A stretch of DNA of 64,000 bases, taken from sequence record ON000910.1, one strand, 5' to 3'. Within the stretch, counting starts at the first letter, position 1; every line of letters begins with the position of its first letter. The position numbers were made by a program, and so were the translations under genes. Positions 55,207-64,000 of the stretch are shown here, one piece after another. The notes under the pieces were generated by a model, which was not told the origin of the DNA, made no database searches, and was given only the letters and a program-made list of their open reading frames with translations.

Positions 55207-56052
55207 CTACTCCTCGTAAACAATCGTATTTTTAGTAATTCTTGATTCGAATACAACTTCAACACGTACACCATAAGGCAATGCCTTAGAACGGCGACAT
55301 GCATCATTTCTAATCAACATATACGGGTGATATACAGTATCTTTAATATCTTTCGCGTTCAACAAAACATCACCGTTAATATGCAAGGTACCGCGTTTGA
55401 ATACAAAATCATCTAGTGTAAAGCTATTGACTACAACAAGACCGTTATTGAGAATGTCTGAACCAAATACAACATGATTTATTTCGTCGTCTCGTAGTCT
55501 GCGTGCGATTGGCTGGCTAAGTCTCTTCACTTTACCATCGTCAGAATAGTCCGATAATGTAACCATTTTCTTGACTATCATTTGTGATAAAAGCTTACGA
55601 GCTTCAGTGCCGTGAATAACGTCAGTACTAGCCCAACGCTCGGCATTTGATTTTTTAATCGAAATCGGAAAATCGCCGCTTACGGTCTTCAATACCATAT
55701 CGGCTTTTTTGTTGTTTTTTGTGTCGTGACCAGTCATTTCAATCGACTGAACACCTTTTATTACTCGTCGACCAATTTTAATCCGAGTACAGCCAGAATC
55801 AATGTGTTGCTTTACAATATTATAGAAATTGCGTTCATTCTCGATGCCCGGATTAGATGTTGGTTTGACGTATACTCTGCATTTTTCCATCTGTATACAA
55901 CCAATTGAACTGCCTGGGTCGCACTTCTTGTACGTCCCGTCAAGCTCTTTCGCAAGTTTAACAATTAGACCAAGTCGATTTTCATCTGTGTAGATAACGA
56001 TCTTTCGGCTATTGATAATTCTCGCGTCATATCTTAACAAAACATCTATCAT
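55207..56052 (-). CDS. Putative PD-(D/E)XK nuclease-like late protein
   Basis: KKADMVL...ISIKK; TCTAAATA at 56086-56093. Confidence 0.5.
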   Translation of the reverse strand: MIDVLLRYDARIINSRKIVIYTDENRLGLIVKLAKELDGTYKKCDPGSSIGCIQMEKCRVYVKPTSNPGIENERNFYNIVKQHIDSGCTRIKIGRRVIKGVQSIEMTGHDTKNNKKADMVLKTVSGDFPISIKKSNAERWASTDVIHGTEARKLLSQMIVKKMVTLSDYSDDGKVKRLSQPIARRLRDDEINHVVFGSDILNNGLVVVNSFTLDDFVFKRGTLHINGDVLLNAKDIKDTVYHPYMLIRNDACRRSKALPYGVRVEVVFESRITKNTIVYEE

Positions 56053-56116
56053 AGTGCATGAACACCATCTTTAATACCATACCAGTATTTAGATGTTCAT
56101 GCAGATAGACTACCAC

Positions 56117-56641
56117 TTAGAAGTCGTAACTTACCTCTTTGGACTCACGACGTTTGTCAAGAAGTTGTCGCAGATCAGTTAAACGAATCATCGGCTGACC
56201 GATGTTACGCTGCAAGTTATCACAACAAACGTTCACGTAACGATAGTCATCAATCGTTGCGTAATGCACGTGCCCGTGAATGCTGAAATGACCACGCAGT
56301 TCATCGGGGTGTAATGGAAAATGACTCAACCAACCCAACTTTTTGTACTTTTCACAACCGCGAATCACGTCAAACGCACGCATGTAGCTTGAAACAGGAA
56401 GATCGTCATGATTCCCGCCATATTGTACTTTACGACCCGGCAAACCAGCAAGAATTCCAACAGCTTCTTCAGTAAATGCAGTATCACCAAGCATAATCAC
56501 AGTGTCACGCTTGCGAACGTTCTTCAACCAGAAGTCAACAATCCAGTCGGTGTTCGCTTGAGTGTCTTCAATGTCATCTCGAAACTTACCAATATTTTTG
56601 TGACCTAAATGCAGATCACTTGTAATCCAAACACAACTCAT
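56117..56641 (-). CDS. Metallophosphoesterase
   Basis: TSDLHLGH, LGD, GNHD, SHFP, HGHVH. Confidence 0.9.
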   Translation of the reverse strand: MSCVWITSDLHLGHKNIGKFRDDIEDTQANTDWIVDFWLKNVRKRDTVIMLGDTAFTEEAVGILAGLPGRKVQYGGNHDDLPVSSYMRAFDVIRGCEKYKKLGWLSHFPLHPDELRGHFSIHGHVHYATIDDYRYVNVCCDNLQRNIGQPMIRLTDLRQLLDKRRESKEVSYDF

Positions 56642-57117
56642 TAATTTCTCTCTTTATCAATAACCATTTCATCATTTACCCGAACGTACAAGATTTGATT
56701 ATCAGAGCCGCGCCACGCTTTCTGCGTTGGTTGATGTCTCTTGTACCGACCATCAATGAAAACATCAATATAATTCATTATCTCTAAATGATAAACATGA
56801 GATAATTTGTAACCGCTCCACAACCAAATATCTTTATCGGGATATCGCTCTTTCACTGATTTACAAATACGCAATATTTCGTCGCGATTGCTCGGGTGCA
56901 ACGGGTCACCTCCCGAAAGACTCAGCCCATCGTGCTGCTCTAAGCTCGTCAAAACGTCTCTAAGCGTTTCTTCAGTGAAATCGATACCATCGTTCGAGTC
57001 CCACGTAGATTCGTTGTAGCAGCCCTTACAGCGATGCTCACAACCAGAAACGAAGATGCTCAATCGAACACCTTCGCCGTTTGCAAAATCAAATTCGTTA
57101 ATCTTCTGATACTTCAC
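56641..57117 (-). CDS. nrdG: Anaerobic ribonucleotide reductase activase
   Basis: GCEHRCKGCYN radical-SAM motif, GGDPL, DGRY, GSDNQ. Confidence 0.96.
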   Translation of the reverse strand: MKYQKINEFDFANGEGVRLSIFVSGCEHRCKGCYNESTWDSNDGIDFTEETLRDVLTSLEQHDGLSLSGGDPLHPSNRDEILRICKSVKERYPDKDIWLWSGYKLSHVYHLEIMNYIDVFIDGRYKRHQPTQKAWRGSDNQILYVRVNDEMVIDKERN

Positions 57118-57700
57118 TTACCTGCCATCCCGCAAAAACATCAATATTGAGCCGACAAGATTTTTTGATACCATCATTCGATACATGAACAATATTTTTG
57201 TTCATAGCTTCGCGTCGAGAAAATGTAAACGGTACATCATCTGCAACAACTGTGATGAAATCATCATTACAAAACACAACTGTTGCTTCTTCTTGTCTCG
57301 GCTCGAATTGACAGTTCAAGTATACGTCAATCGTGTCACCTTCGTTGATACGAACATATTCCATCTTCGTTTCAATCGTTTCTTTATTGTATGACAGCAC
57401 ACCGTCGTGATTAAACAATTCTTGAAACGTTTCTCGTTCTTCAAAACGTGAAATGATACCAAAGCTAGAATTATCGCTGACTCGACTGCCTTGAACAATA
57501 AACGTCAAAGAACTCATATAATCATACAAAACACAGTCGCCAGTTTCGTCTTGATATATAAATCGAGCATCTATAGTATCACTCGCACTTAAACTCAAGC
57601 TGCTACTACTCATAGGTTCGACGTATACTCTAACATCTTTACCAATTTCTAAAGCTGTCGGCGTGTATGTAGGTATTCTTCGTTCTTTTTGCGTAAACAT
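57098..57700 (-). CDS. Hypothetical protein
   Basis: ORF in the operon. Confidence 0.65.
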   Translation of the reverse strand: MFTQKERRIPTYTPTALEIGKDVRVYVEPMSSSSLSLSASDTIDARFIYQDETGDCVLYDYMSSLTFIVQGSRVSDNSSFGIISRFEERETFQELFNHDGVLSYNKETIETKMEYVRINEGDTIDVYLNCQFEPRQEEATVVFCNDDFITVVADDVPFTFSRREAMNKNIVHVSNDGIKKSCRLNIDVFAGWQVSEVSED

Positions 57701-57701
57701 T

Positions 57702-58118
57702 TTAAAACTCCCAATTTATTTTAGACGTGTGACCATGTACTAACGTCCAACAGCCGCCCCGAACCCATTGACCAGACAACTTACGGCGATAGTATTTGCC
57801 ACCCGTTGATGTCGTGATCATCTTCATTGTTTTTGAAATCTTCGTGATTACACCGTCGGGATGACTGTCACCATTGAAACAATAGCTAACTGCATCACCT
57901 ACACGTGGCTTTTTGATAATATCAAAGCGCGGCAAGCAACCTGAACCTGCGTCCACAACCATGTATAGATCTTGGTCGAGCATGTTGCAGACTTCAGTAA
58001 CTCGCTCTAATGTTTTCCAATCTCGTCGAGATTCAACAGTGTGACCCTCTTGGCGGCACTTTTTAGCTACTGAGTGTTCGTCGATAACGCTGCAAGTTGT
58101 CAAGTTGATGTATAGCAT
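57702..58118 (-). CDS. Hypothetical early protein
   Basis: Start at 58118, after the promoter TTGCAA-17-TAATAT (58162-58190). Confidence 0.7.
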   Translation of the reverse strand: MLYINLTTCSVIDEHSVAKKCRQEGHTVESRRDWKTLERVTEVCNMLDQDLYMVVDAGSGCLPRFDIIKKPRVGDAVSYCFNGDSHPDGVITKISKTMKMITTSTGGKYYRRKLSGQWVRGGCWTLVHGHTSKINWEF

Positions 58119-58210
58119 AATTTTTCTCTCTCTGTTAGTCGATGTCGTCTCGATGAAGTTAATATTACGCACTTATGATTCGTGTTGCAACCTTTTTCTT
58201 CGTCAAAAAC

Positions 58211-58235
58211 AAAAAAAAGCGCCCGAAGGCGCTTT
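58211..58235 (-). terminator. Terminator after nrdD
   Basis: AAAGCGCC-ttcg-GGCGCTTT plus T-run. Confidence 0.85.
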
Positions 58236-58236
58236 C

Positions 58237-60072
58237 TCAACAGTGTTTAACTCGATTTTGCATTTCTACAGTCTTGCCGTGATTCCAACCACGAGCACCC
58301 GGGTTACCGAGATAGCCGCAGACACGTCTCGTTACATTGAGCTTTTCAGGGTCGCGTTCACCACAAACAGGACAAGAATAACCCAGTGAATCACCATGAG
58401 CTTCACCAGACCAACCACACGTACACTGATCAATCGGTGTATTCGTACCGAAGTAAGCTACTTTAGTGTAAGCATAATCCCATACGCGCTCTAGACCTTT
58501 GATGTTGTCTCGCATATTCGGGAACTCAGCATAACAGATGAAACCACCGTTTGCATGAATTGGGTATGCAGCTTCAAAATCAATTTTCTCAAATGGGTTC
58601 ACTTTCTTGAACACGTCTAAGTGAAACGAGTTTGTGTAATAGTCTTTGTCATTGATACCTGTAATAACACCGTATTTCTCTTGGTCGAGACGACAGAAAC
58701 GATCACATAGCGATTCACTCGGTGTACTGTACAGACTGAAACCGTAGCCCGTCAGTTCTTTCCATGCATCGGTGTACGCTCTAAGAGTTTCCACAATCTT
58801 TTCAGCGAGGAATTGTTTGTGTTGTGACTCAAACGTATGCATGTCTTTATCTGGCGAAAGCAACGTTACTGCTTCGTGTAACCCGATATAACCAAGCGAG
58901 ATACTTGAACGACCGTGTTTGAAAACTTCACTGACTTTATCAGTTGGCTTCAAGCGTACGCCCATTGCACCTTCACAGTATAGAATTGGAGCAACTGATG
59001 CAGTTACATCATCAAAACGCTTAATACGCAACATCAATGCTTCGTAAGCTAGTTTACAACGCTCGTGTAAGATCTCGAAGAAGCGTTCAGTATCACCCGA
59101 TGCTTCAATAGCAATACGCGGGATATTGATTGAGACGACGCCTAAGTTATTACGACCATCGAATACCGTTTCACCATCTTCGTTCTTCCAGTCACCCAAG
59201 AATGAGCGACAGCCCATTGGAGACTTAAACCCACCAGTCGTTTCAACTAGTTTGTCATAGTTCAAAATGTCTGGGTACATACGCTTACTTGCACATTCAA
59301 GAGCTAACTTTTTGATGCCGTAGCACGGGTCGCCTTCTTTCAGATTCACGCCGTCTCTCAATGTGAAAACAAGCTTAGGGAAAATAGCAGTTTTCTTAGT
59401 CTTACCTAGACCTGCAATACGATTCTGAAGAATACTTTTCTGAATAAGTTTTTCTTCCCACGACGTACCTAACCCGAAGTTGATTGTCGTGAATGGTGTC
59501 TGACCGTTTGAAGTCTGCATCGTATTGACTTGATATTCAAACGTCTGGAATGCATCGAACGTTTCCTTTTCAACACGCTTTCGTGCAAAGATAGCAGCTT
59601 TAGAATCAGAGTCGGGATGTTCTTCTCGACCTACTTCGAGCCATTTATAATATGACTTACGAACATAAGGTGCTAGGACTTCGTCGATTCTATTGATCGT
59701 GTTACCGCCGTAGATATGGCTACTTACTTGCTGAATAATCTGAGTTACAACAGTGGCAGCAGTGCTAATACTGTTTGGTTCTTCGATTTCAGCATTACCC
59801 ATTTTGAAGCCGCCTTCAAACATGCCTTTGATATCAATAAGCATACAGTTGAATTGCGGGAATAATGGACTGTAGTCAAGGTCATGAAAATGAATATCGC
59901 CGTCGATATGTGCATCTGCAATATGCTTCGGTAGATAGTCTTCAAGTGCGTAATGTTTCGACACTGTGCCAGCTACTAAGTCACGCATTGTAGGGATTAC
60001 TTTCGAATCTTTATTTGCATTCTCTTTGTTGTTACCCGAACCGCTAACAATGTCTAAAATGTCGTGTTTCAT
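58237..60072 (-). CDS. nrdD: Anaerobic ribonucleoside-triphosphate reductase (intron-free)
   Basis: NKENANKD, MGCRSFL, RRVCGYLG. Confidence 0.97.
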   Translation of the reverse strand: MKHDILDIVSGSGNNKENANKDSKVIPTMRDLVAGTVSKHYALEDYLPKHIADAHIDGDIHFHDLDYSPLFPQFNCMLIDIKGMFEGGFKMGNAEIEEPNSISTAATVVTQIIQQVSSHIYGGNTINRIDEVLAPYVRKSYYKWLEVGREEHPDSDSKAAIFARKRVEKETFDAFQTFEYQVNTMQTSNGQTPFTTINFGLGTSWEEKLIQKSILQNRIAGLGKTKKTAIFPKLVFTLRDGVNLKEGDPCYGIKKLALECASKRMYPDILNYDKLVETTGGFKSPMGCRSFLGDWKNEDGETVFDGRNNLGVVSINIPRIAIEASGDTERFFEILHERCKLAYEALMLRIKRFDDVTASVAPILYCEGAMGVRLKPTDKVSEVFKHGRSSISLGYIGLHEAVTLLSPDKDMHTFESQHKQFLAEKIVETLRAYTDAWKELTGYGFSLYSTPSESLCDRFCRLDQEKYGVITGINDKDYYTNSFHLDVFKKVNPFEKIDFEAAYPIHANGGFICYAEFPNMRDNIKGLERVWDYAYTKVAYFGTNTPIDQCTCGWSGEAHGDSLGYSCPVCGERDPEKLNVTRRVCGYLGNPGARGWNHGKTVEMQNRVKHC

Positions 60073-60318
60073 TCATTCCTCTTCTAACAATTTGTCGATG
60101 CGAGATAAGACGCTCACACCCTCGCCTAGACATTCGCCATTGTAAAACGCTATTGGGTGGGCAATATAACCATCATCTTCAGCGATTTTCTGAAGCTCTT
60201 TATAGCGTTCACTAGGAACAAATGCGTCATAAAAAATATGTTTAATGTTTCTATCATTTAGCGAGTCGCACAACTTGCGACAAGCTAAACAATATTTTGA
60301 CCCGATAATCTCTACCAA
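60073..60318 (-). CDS. Glutaredoxin-like protein
   Basis: GSKYCLAC, HP-AFYNG. Confidence 0.75.
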   Translation of the reverse strand: MVEIIGSKYCLACRKLCDSLNDRNIKHIFYDAFVPSERYKELQKIAEDDGYIAHPIAFYNGECLGEGVSVLSRIDKLLEEE

Positions 60319-61712
60319 TTTACCGCCTCTGCTTTCTGCGTCTGTTCTTTCTTCTGCGCGAAAGGAGTCGCCGATTGCGTTTGAGATTGAGCAGGCGCCG
60401 TATAACTCGCAGTACCATCTACATCACCCCAACGTTGTTTACCTTTGTTAACAGCAATCATAAATGTCTGGTCTTGGTTACGGTCAGCATAACGAGACTT
60501 AATCTGTTTCACTCGTTGTTGCCCGAGCGCGACAGTTTCTTCAGTTTCCATAATACCGAGAATCAAGTCAGCAGTATGAGCAAGACCAGCCGATTCAGCA
60601 ATATCACCCATTCCCATGTCACTTGCATCCCATGCGTTACGTGTAGTCTGAGCAGCAGACCAAACAGCAACGTTATGTTCAACAGCAAAACCACGAATTT
60701 CTTCAGCAATAGCTTTAACGTGAACGTATGTATTTTCTGAACTTGCAACACGTGAACTTGCACAGATACCAAGATAATCGACAATCACAATGTCTGGGAT
60801 TACGTCTTTCTTGGTGCGAAGCTCATTCATCAACGTATTGAAGTGAGTTACATTCGCGCCCGCAGTCGGGAACTGTTTAATGAATAATTTACCTTGAGTT
60901 TTCTTCTCAAGATTCTGAATCTTAGTGCCGTATGTTTTTTCAGTAATAGTATCGAAATCGTCCATACTGATGTCCATTAAGTTGGCATCAATACGCTTCG
61001 ACACTGCCGCTTCACTCATTTCCATACTGATGTATAGAACGTTGTAGCCTTGTAGAAGATACTCAGTTGCTAAATGACACAACGCAAGTGATTTACCCAC
61101 GTTAGAACCCGCTAGAAGTAGGTTCAGAGTACTTCTTTCAACACCACCTTGAGTGATCTTGTTTAAAATGTTCATTTTGAATGGGATTTTTGCTGCTTTC
61201 TCGATATACGATTTGTATCGAGGTTCCCAATCTGCAAAATAATCATGACCAACTGATGTGTCAAAACAAACGTTCAATGCATCACGCATCAAATCGGGAA
61301 TCGCACCAAGCGTTTTCATTCGTTTGTTTTGTTGATCAAGTGGTTTAGCTGCATTCTCTTGAATAGCAAGTGATTCACTAAGCGCGTTAAAAACGCTCTG
61401 TTCGATACAGAACTGTTCAGTCGTGTCAATCAACCATCTCAGGTCGTGACTCGGGTGAGGTTCTAGTTCATTTATTGTTTGTTGTATCTCTGCATAGTCG
61501 TATTCACTAATCCCTGTCAATGACTCAAGACATACTTTCAAAACTTCAGGTGTCGCACGACGTTTGTACTCGTCTGCGTGGTTCTTAATCATCATAAAGA
61601 TATGCTGATGAGCAGTTGACTGAAAGTATTCTTTTTTCAAGTGAGGGATTACGGTAGCAAAGTACTCTTGATTTTCGATAAGATTTGAGAAAATCGACTT
61701 CTCGATTTGCAT
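60312..61712 (-). CDS. 41: Replicative DNA helicase
   Basis: AGSNVGKS, ISMEM, VDYLGI, AAQTTR. Confidence 0.97.
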   Translation of the reverse strand: MQIEKSIFSNLIENQEYFATVIPHLKKEYFQSTAHQHIFMMIKNHADEYKRRATPEVLKVCLESLTGISEYDYAEIQQTINELEPHPSHDLRWLIDTTEQFCIEQSVFNALSESLAIQENAAKPLDQQNKRMKTLGAIPDLMRDALNVCFDTSVGHDYFADWEPRYKSYIEKAAKIPFKMNILNKITQGGVERSTLNLLLAGSNVGKSLALCHLATEYLLQGYNVLYISMEMSEAAVSKRIDANLMDISMDDFDTITEKTYGTKIQNLEKKTQGKLFIKQFPTAGANVTHFNTLMNELRTKKDVIPDIVIVDYLGICASSRVASSENTYVHVKAIAEEIRGFAVEHNVAVWSAAQTTRNAWDASDMGMGDIAESAGLAHTADLILGIMETEETVALGQQRVKQIKSRYADRNQDQTFMIAVNKGKQRWGDVDGTASYTAPAQSQTQSATPFAQKKEQTQKAEAVNW

Positions 61713-61987
61713 TGTTCTTTTACCCCATTCTTGTTCTGTTCTTCACGAATAAGTTTCATAATACAAGCCTCAACATGCGGACGAATTTGTTCTTCTTTGT
61801 CTGGATGTTGAGTTACAAATTCAATTTTGAGTCTGCCGCTATTATCTACTAGAATGTCAGTAATATAAACTTCAATATCGTCAATCATTATACTAAATTT
61901 CACGCGCTCTTGAAGCTCGGTTAGCATTTCTGTTACTTGGTTCGGAGTCATACGATTCGTCCCGTCTAAGGTGAAAAAGACCCGCAA
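61649..61987 (-). CDS. 40: Head vertex assembly chaperone
   Basis: Synteny between uvsX and 41; PHVEACI; the start may be the Met at 61951. Confidence 0.75.
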   Translation of the reverse strand: MRVFFTLDGTNRMTPNQVTEMLTELQERVKFSIMIDDIEVYITDILVDNSGRLKIEFVTQHPDKEEQIRPHVEACIMKLIREEQNKNGVKEQCKSRSRFSQILSKIKSTLLP

Positions 61988-62005
61988 TTAAGCGGGCCAG
62001 TATCG

Positions 62006-63106
62006 TTAATCGAATAAGCTATCGATTTCATCATTCAATTCAGACTCGTCTAACTGACCTAAGCAGTAAAGTCGTTTCACGCCTTCTTTGAAAGTCGGTG
62101 AATTGATGATGTCTTTCCAGAAAGAAAGCGTTTGTGTTTCTTTCGCTCGATATTTCTTTTCTTCGACGATCATTTCGCCAGTTTCTTCATCAACAGTTGC
62201 ACGTTGATACCAACCATTAGATGGTTTAACAACATGACCGGTTTGAAGTGCAATATCAAGTAGACCAGAGAACATATCGATACCGTTTTCGTATGTAACC
62301 GTCAACGGAACTTTCATCTTCTCTTTCACGAAACGTGATTTCTCGATATTCATAATGAAGTGATAGCCGACAATCTCTTTGCCGTCTTTTTCTTGCTGTT
62401 TACCAAGAATGATTACCGTATCAGCAGAGTACATGATACCCGTACCGCCAGACATGACAGTTTTAGAGTACATTTCTTGAGTTTGATACGTGTGGTTGAT
62501 CGCGATACAAGGAATATCGAGCATTGTGAAATATGGTGTGATGATACGGAACAATGATTTCAATTGTTTCGCACGAGACATATCAGCAACTGACTTTTCG
62601 TTTTGCGCGTCATCGATTTCTTTTGCAGAAGCAACGTTACCTACCGAGTCAATAAAGAAAATTACGCGGTCTGGTTCGTCACCCGCTTTCTTAGCTCGCT
62701 TACGTTCTGCAAGGTCTTTAAGCTGATTCGCCATTTCGAATTTCATACGCTCAACGCTCTCACATTGTATATGAAGAACACGGTCTGGGTCAACACCTTG
62801 TGAGCGCAAATAAGACGGTGTGATACCGAATTCTGTATCAATGAATACACAAATTGCCTCAGGGTATTTCTTCAAGTAAGCAGCTACGCCAACTAGACCC
62901 AAGTTCGATTTAAAGTGCTTTGACGGTCCCGCTAGTACTGTCAACCCAGAAGTTAAACCACCATCTACTTCACCACTAAAAGCAATGTTAATCGCAGGCA
63001 CGTAAGTACGTGTATGATCTTTTTCGAACATAAACTGACTTTCTGATAACACTTGTGCGTAACCAGATGTGCTTGATTTTTTCAACGATTTCATTAAATC
63101 TGACAT
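62006..63106 (-). CDS. uvsX: RecA-like recombinase
   Basis: AGPSKHFKS, DSVGN, SGGTG. Confidence 0.97.
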   Translation of the reverse strand: MSDLMKSLKKSSTSGYAQVLSESQFMFEKDHTRTYVPAINIAFSGEVDGGLTSGLTVLAGPSKHFKSNLGLVGVAAYLKKYPEAICVFIDTEFGITPSYLRSQGVDPDRVLHIQCESVERMKFEMANQLKDLAERKRAKKAGDEPDRVIFFIDSVGNVASAKEIDDAQNEKSVADMSRAKQLKSLFRIITPYFTMLDIPCIAINHTYQTQEMYSKTVMSGGTGIMYSADTVIILGKQQEKDGKEIVGYHFIMNIEKSRFVKEKMKVPLTVTYENGIDMFSGLLDIALQTGHVVKPSNGWYQRATVDEETGEMIVEEKKYRAKETQTLSFWKDIINSPTFKEGVKRLYCLGQLDESELNDEIDSLFD

Positions 63107-63172
63107 TATTTTACCTTCTAACTAAGAAAGGAGCAGCAAAATGCTACCCCTTAAATTACAACTGAGATTAAA

Positions 63173-63889
63173 TTAAGCTTTCTTTGCAGCACGCTTGCGT
63201 TTTGGCTTTGCGGGCTCATCTTCAACTTCTTCATCTTCAGGGTCGACCTTTAGTTTGCGAAGCTCTTCAGCTACGCGCTCTTGAATCTGCTCTTCAAGTT
63301 GAGATTCGATATCACCTGCAAGTTGAGCTTCAGCTTCTTTCATTTCATCTTCGAACTTCTTCGACATTTCTTGAAGACGTTCTGTAACCTCTTCTGGAGT
63401 CAGCCACAAGTCTTGGTTATGGTTGATGATTTCGTCGATCTCGTCAGCATCAAAGAACGGTTCATAAAGAAGACCACATACGCGGTTTAAATGCTCTTCG
63501 TGAGATTTAGCTTGTTTCAACGTGTCTGGCATTTTACCGATTTGACCGCCGCTCGATGTATGGAACATGAACGTTGCAAATGGGGATACGTGCCAACCAT
63601 TACAAGCTAAGAAAATCATTGTACCTGCGCTGCACACTTCACCCTCTGCGCACGCGATGACTGCACCTGCTTTAGATTGCATAATTGCATCACAGATTTG
63701 ACATGCAGCATAGAAGTTACCACCAGGTGTATTCAAGTGCAAGTAAATCACGTCTGTTTCGGACGCCGTATGCAGAATTTGAAGCATTTCTTCATAATCA
63801 TTCGGCTCTTCAATCGCACCGTTGATGTAGAAATCATGACGTACAGAACCAGCCCCTGCGTACCATCCAATGTTATTTTTAAAAATCAT
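63173..63889 (-). CDS. ClpP-like serine protease
   Basis: LHLNTPGG, VCSAGT (Ser), FMFH (His), QDLWL (Asp). Confidence 0.85.
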   Translation of the reverse strand: MIFKNNIGWYAGAGSVRHDFYINGAIEEPNDYEEMLQILHTASETDVIYLHLNTPGGNFYAACQICDAIMQSKAGAVIACAEGEVCSAGTMIFLACNGWHVSPFATFMFHTSSGGQIGKMPDTLKQAKSHEEHLNRVCGLLYEPFFDADEIDEIINHNQDLWLTPEEVTERLQEMSKKFEDEMKEAEAQLAGDIESQLEEQIQERVAEELRKLKVDPEDEEVEDEPAKPKRKRAAKKA

Positions 63890-64000
63890 AAGTCACCCTT
63901 TGTTAACTTTTCGATGAAAATCGTAGAGCCGTTCTGGCATTCGACGATCTCTGATTCCCCGTTGTGTGGGAAATACCAGAAAATTTTAGTTAAATCAATC
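63886..64000 (-). CDS. 3' end of an upstream gene (partial, identity not determinable)
   Basis: Open frame ...IDLTKIFWYF...KGDL* with ATGA overlap. Confidence 0.5.
   Translation of the reverse strand, partial: IDLTKIFWYFPHNGESEIVECQNGSTIFIEKLTKGDL

Noticed and set aside
48444-60072. Group I introns or inteins in td and nrdD (also checked 43 and 41)
   Set aside because: All are continuous ORFs of ordinary length with contiguous motifs.
15217-63106. Hydroxymethylcytosine/glucosylation pathway
   Set aside because: No gp42, a-gt or b-gt is recognisable at the T4-equivalent loci; the rest of the genome is not visible.
1055-63490. Many + strand and out-of-frame ORFs of 60-200 aa in the ORF track (e.g. 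20518, 22230, 22854, 33980, 42927)
   Set aside because: They shadow well-supported genes, lack RBS or motifs, and read like antisense translations.
1-64000. CRISPR arrays, tRNA or rRNA genes
   Set aside because: No regularly spaced repeat-spacer units and no cloverleaf or rRNA-like sequence seen; intergenic gaps are short.
63886-64000. Naming the partial terminal gene (e.g. dihydrofolate reductase)
   Set aside because: Only 37 C-terminal residues are visible, with no diagnostic motif.

Overview
A 64 kb segment of a large T4-like myovirus genome. Gene order, a Sir2 gene, a 745-aa gp46 and a prepilin-like gene suggest a relative of Vibrio phage KVP40 (inference, not searched). Almost all genes are on the minus strand. 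Core T4 modules present: uvsX-40-41-grx-nrdD-nrdG, primase 61, dUTPase, dexA, td, fused topoisomerase 39/60, ligase 30, sigma 55, 47-46-45-44-62-regA-43, rnlA, spanins and pseT. These are separated by clusters of small accessory genes. No tRNA, rRNA, CRISPR array, intron or intein is evident. Main observations: (1) a dispersed set of about 7 proteins with T4 internal-protein-like N-termini, mostly behind late-promoter-like TAAATA boxes, including an Alt-like ADP-ribosyltransferase, a SAM methyltransferase, an HEXXH peptidase, an acidic repeat protein and a degenerate P-loop protein; (2) a signal-peptide-bearing metzincin behind a dyad-flanked promoter; (3) a type IV prepilin-like mini-protein; (4) an ADP-ribose writer/eraser set (Alt, NADAR, macrodomain, Sir2); (5) promoters whose -35 or -10 boxes lie inside hairpins; (6) a 9-bp iteron-like array. 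All calls come from motif recognition by eye; no database searches were run.
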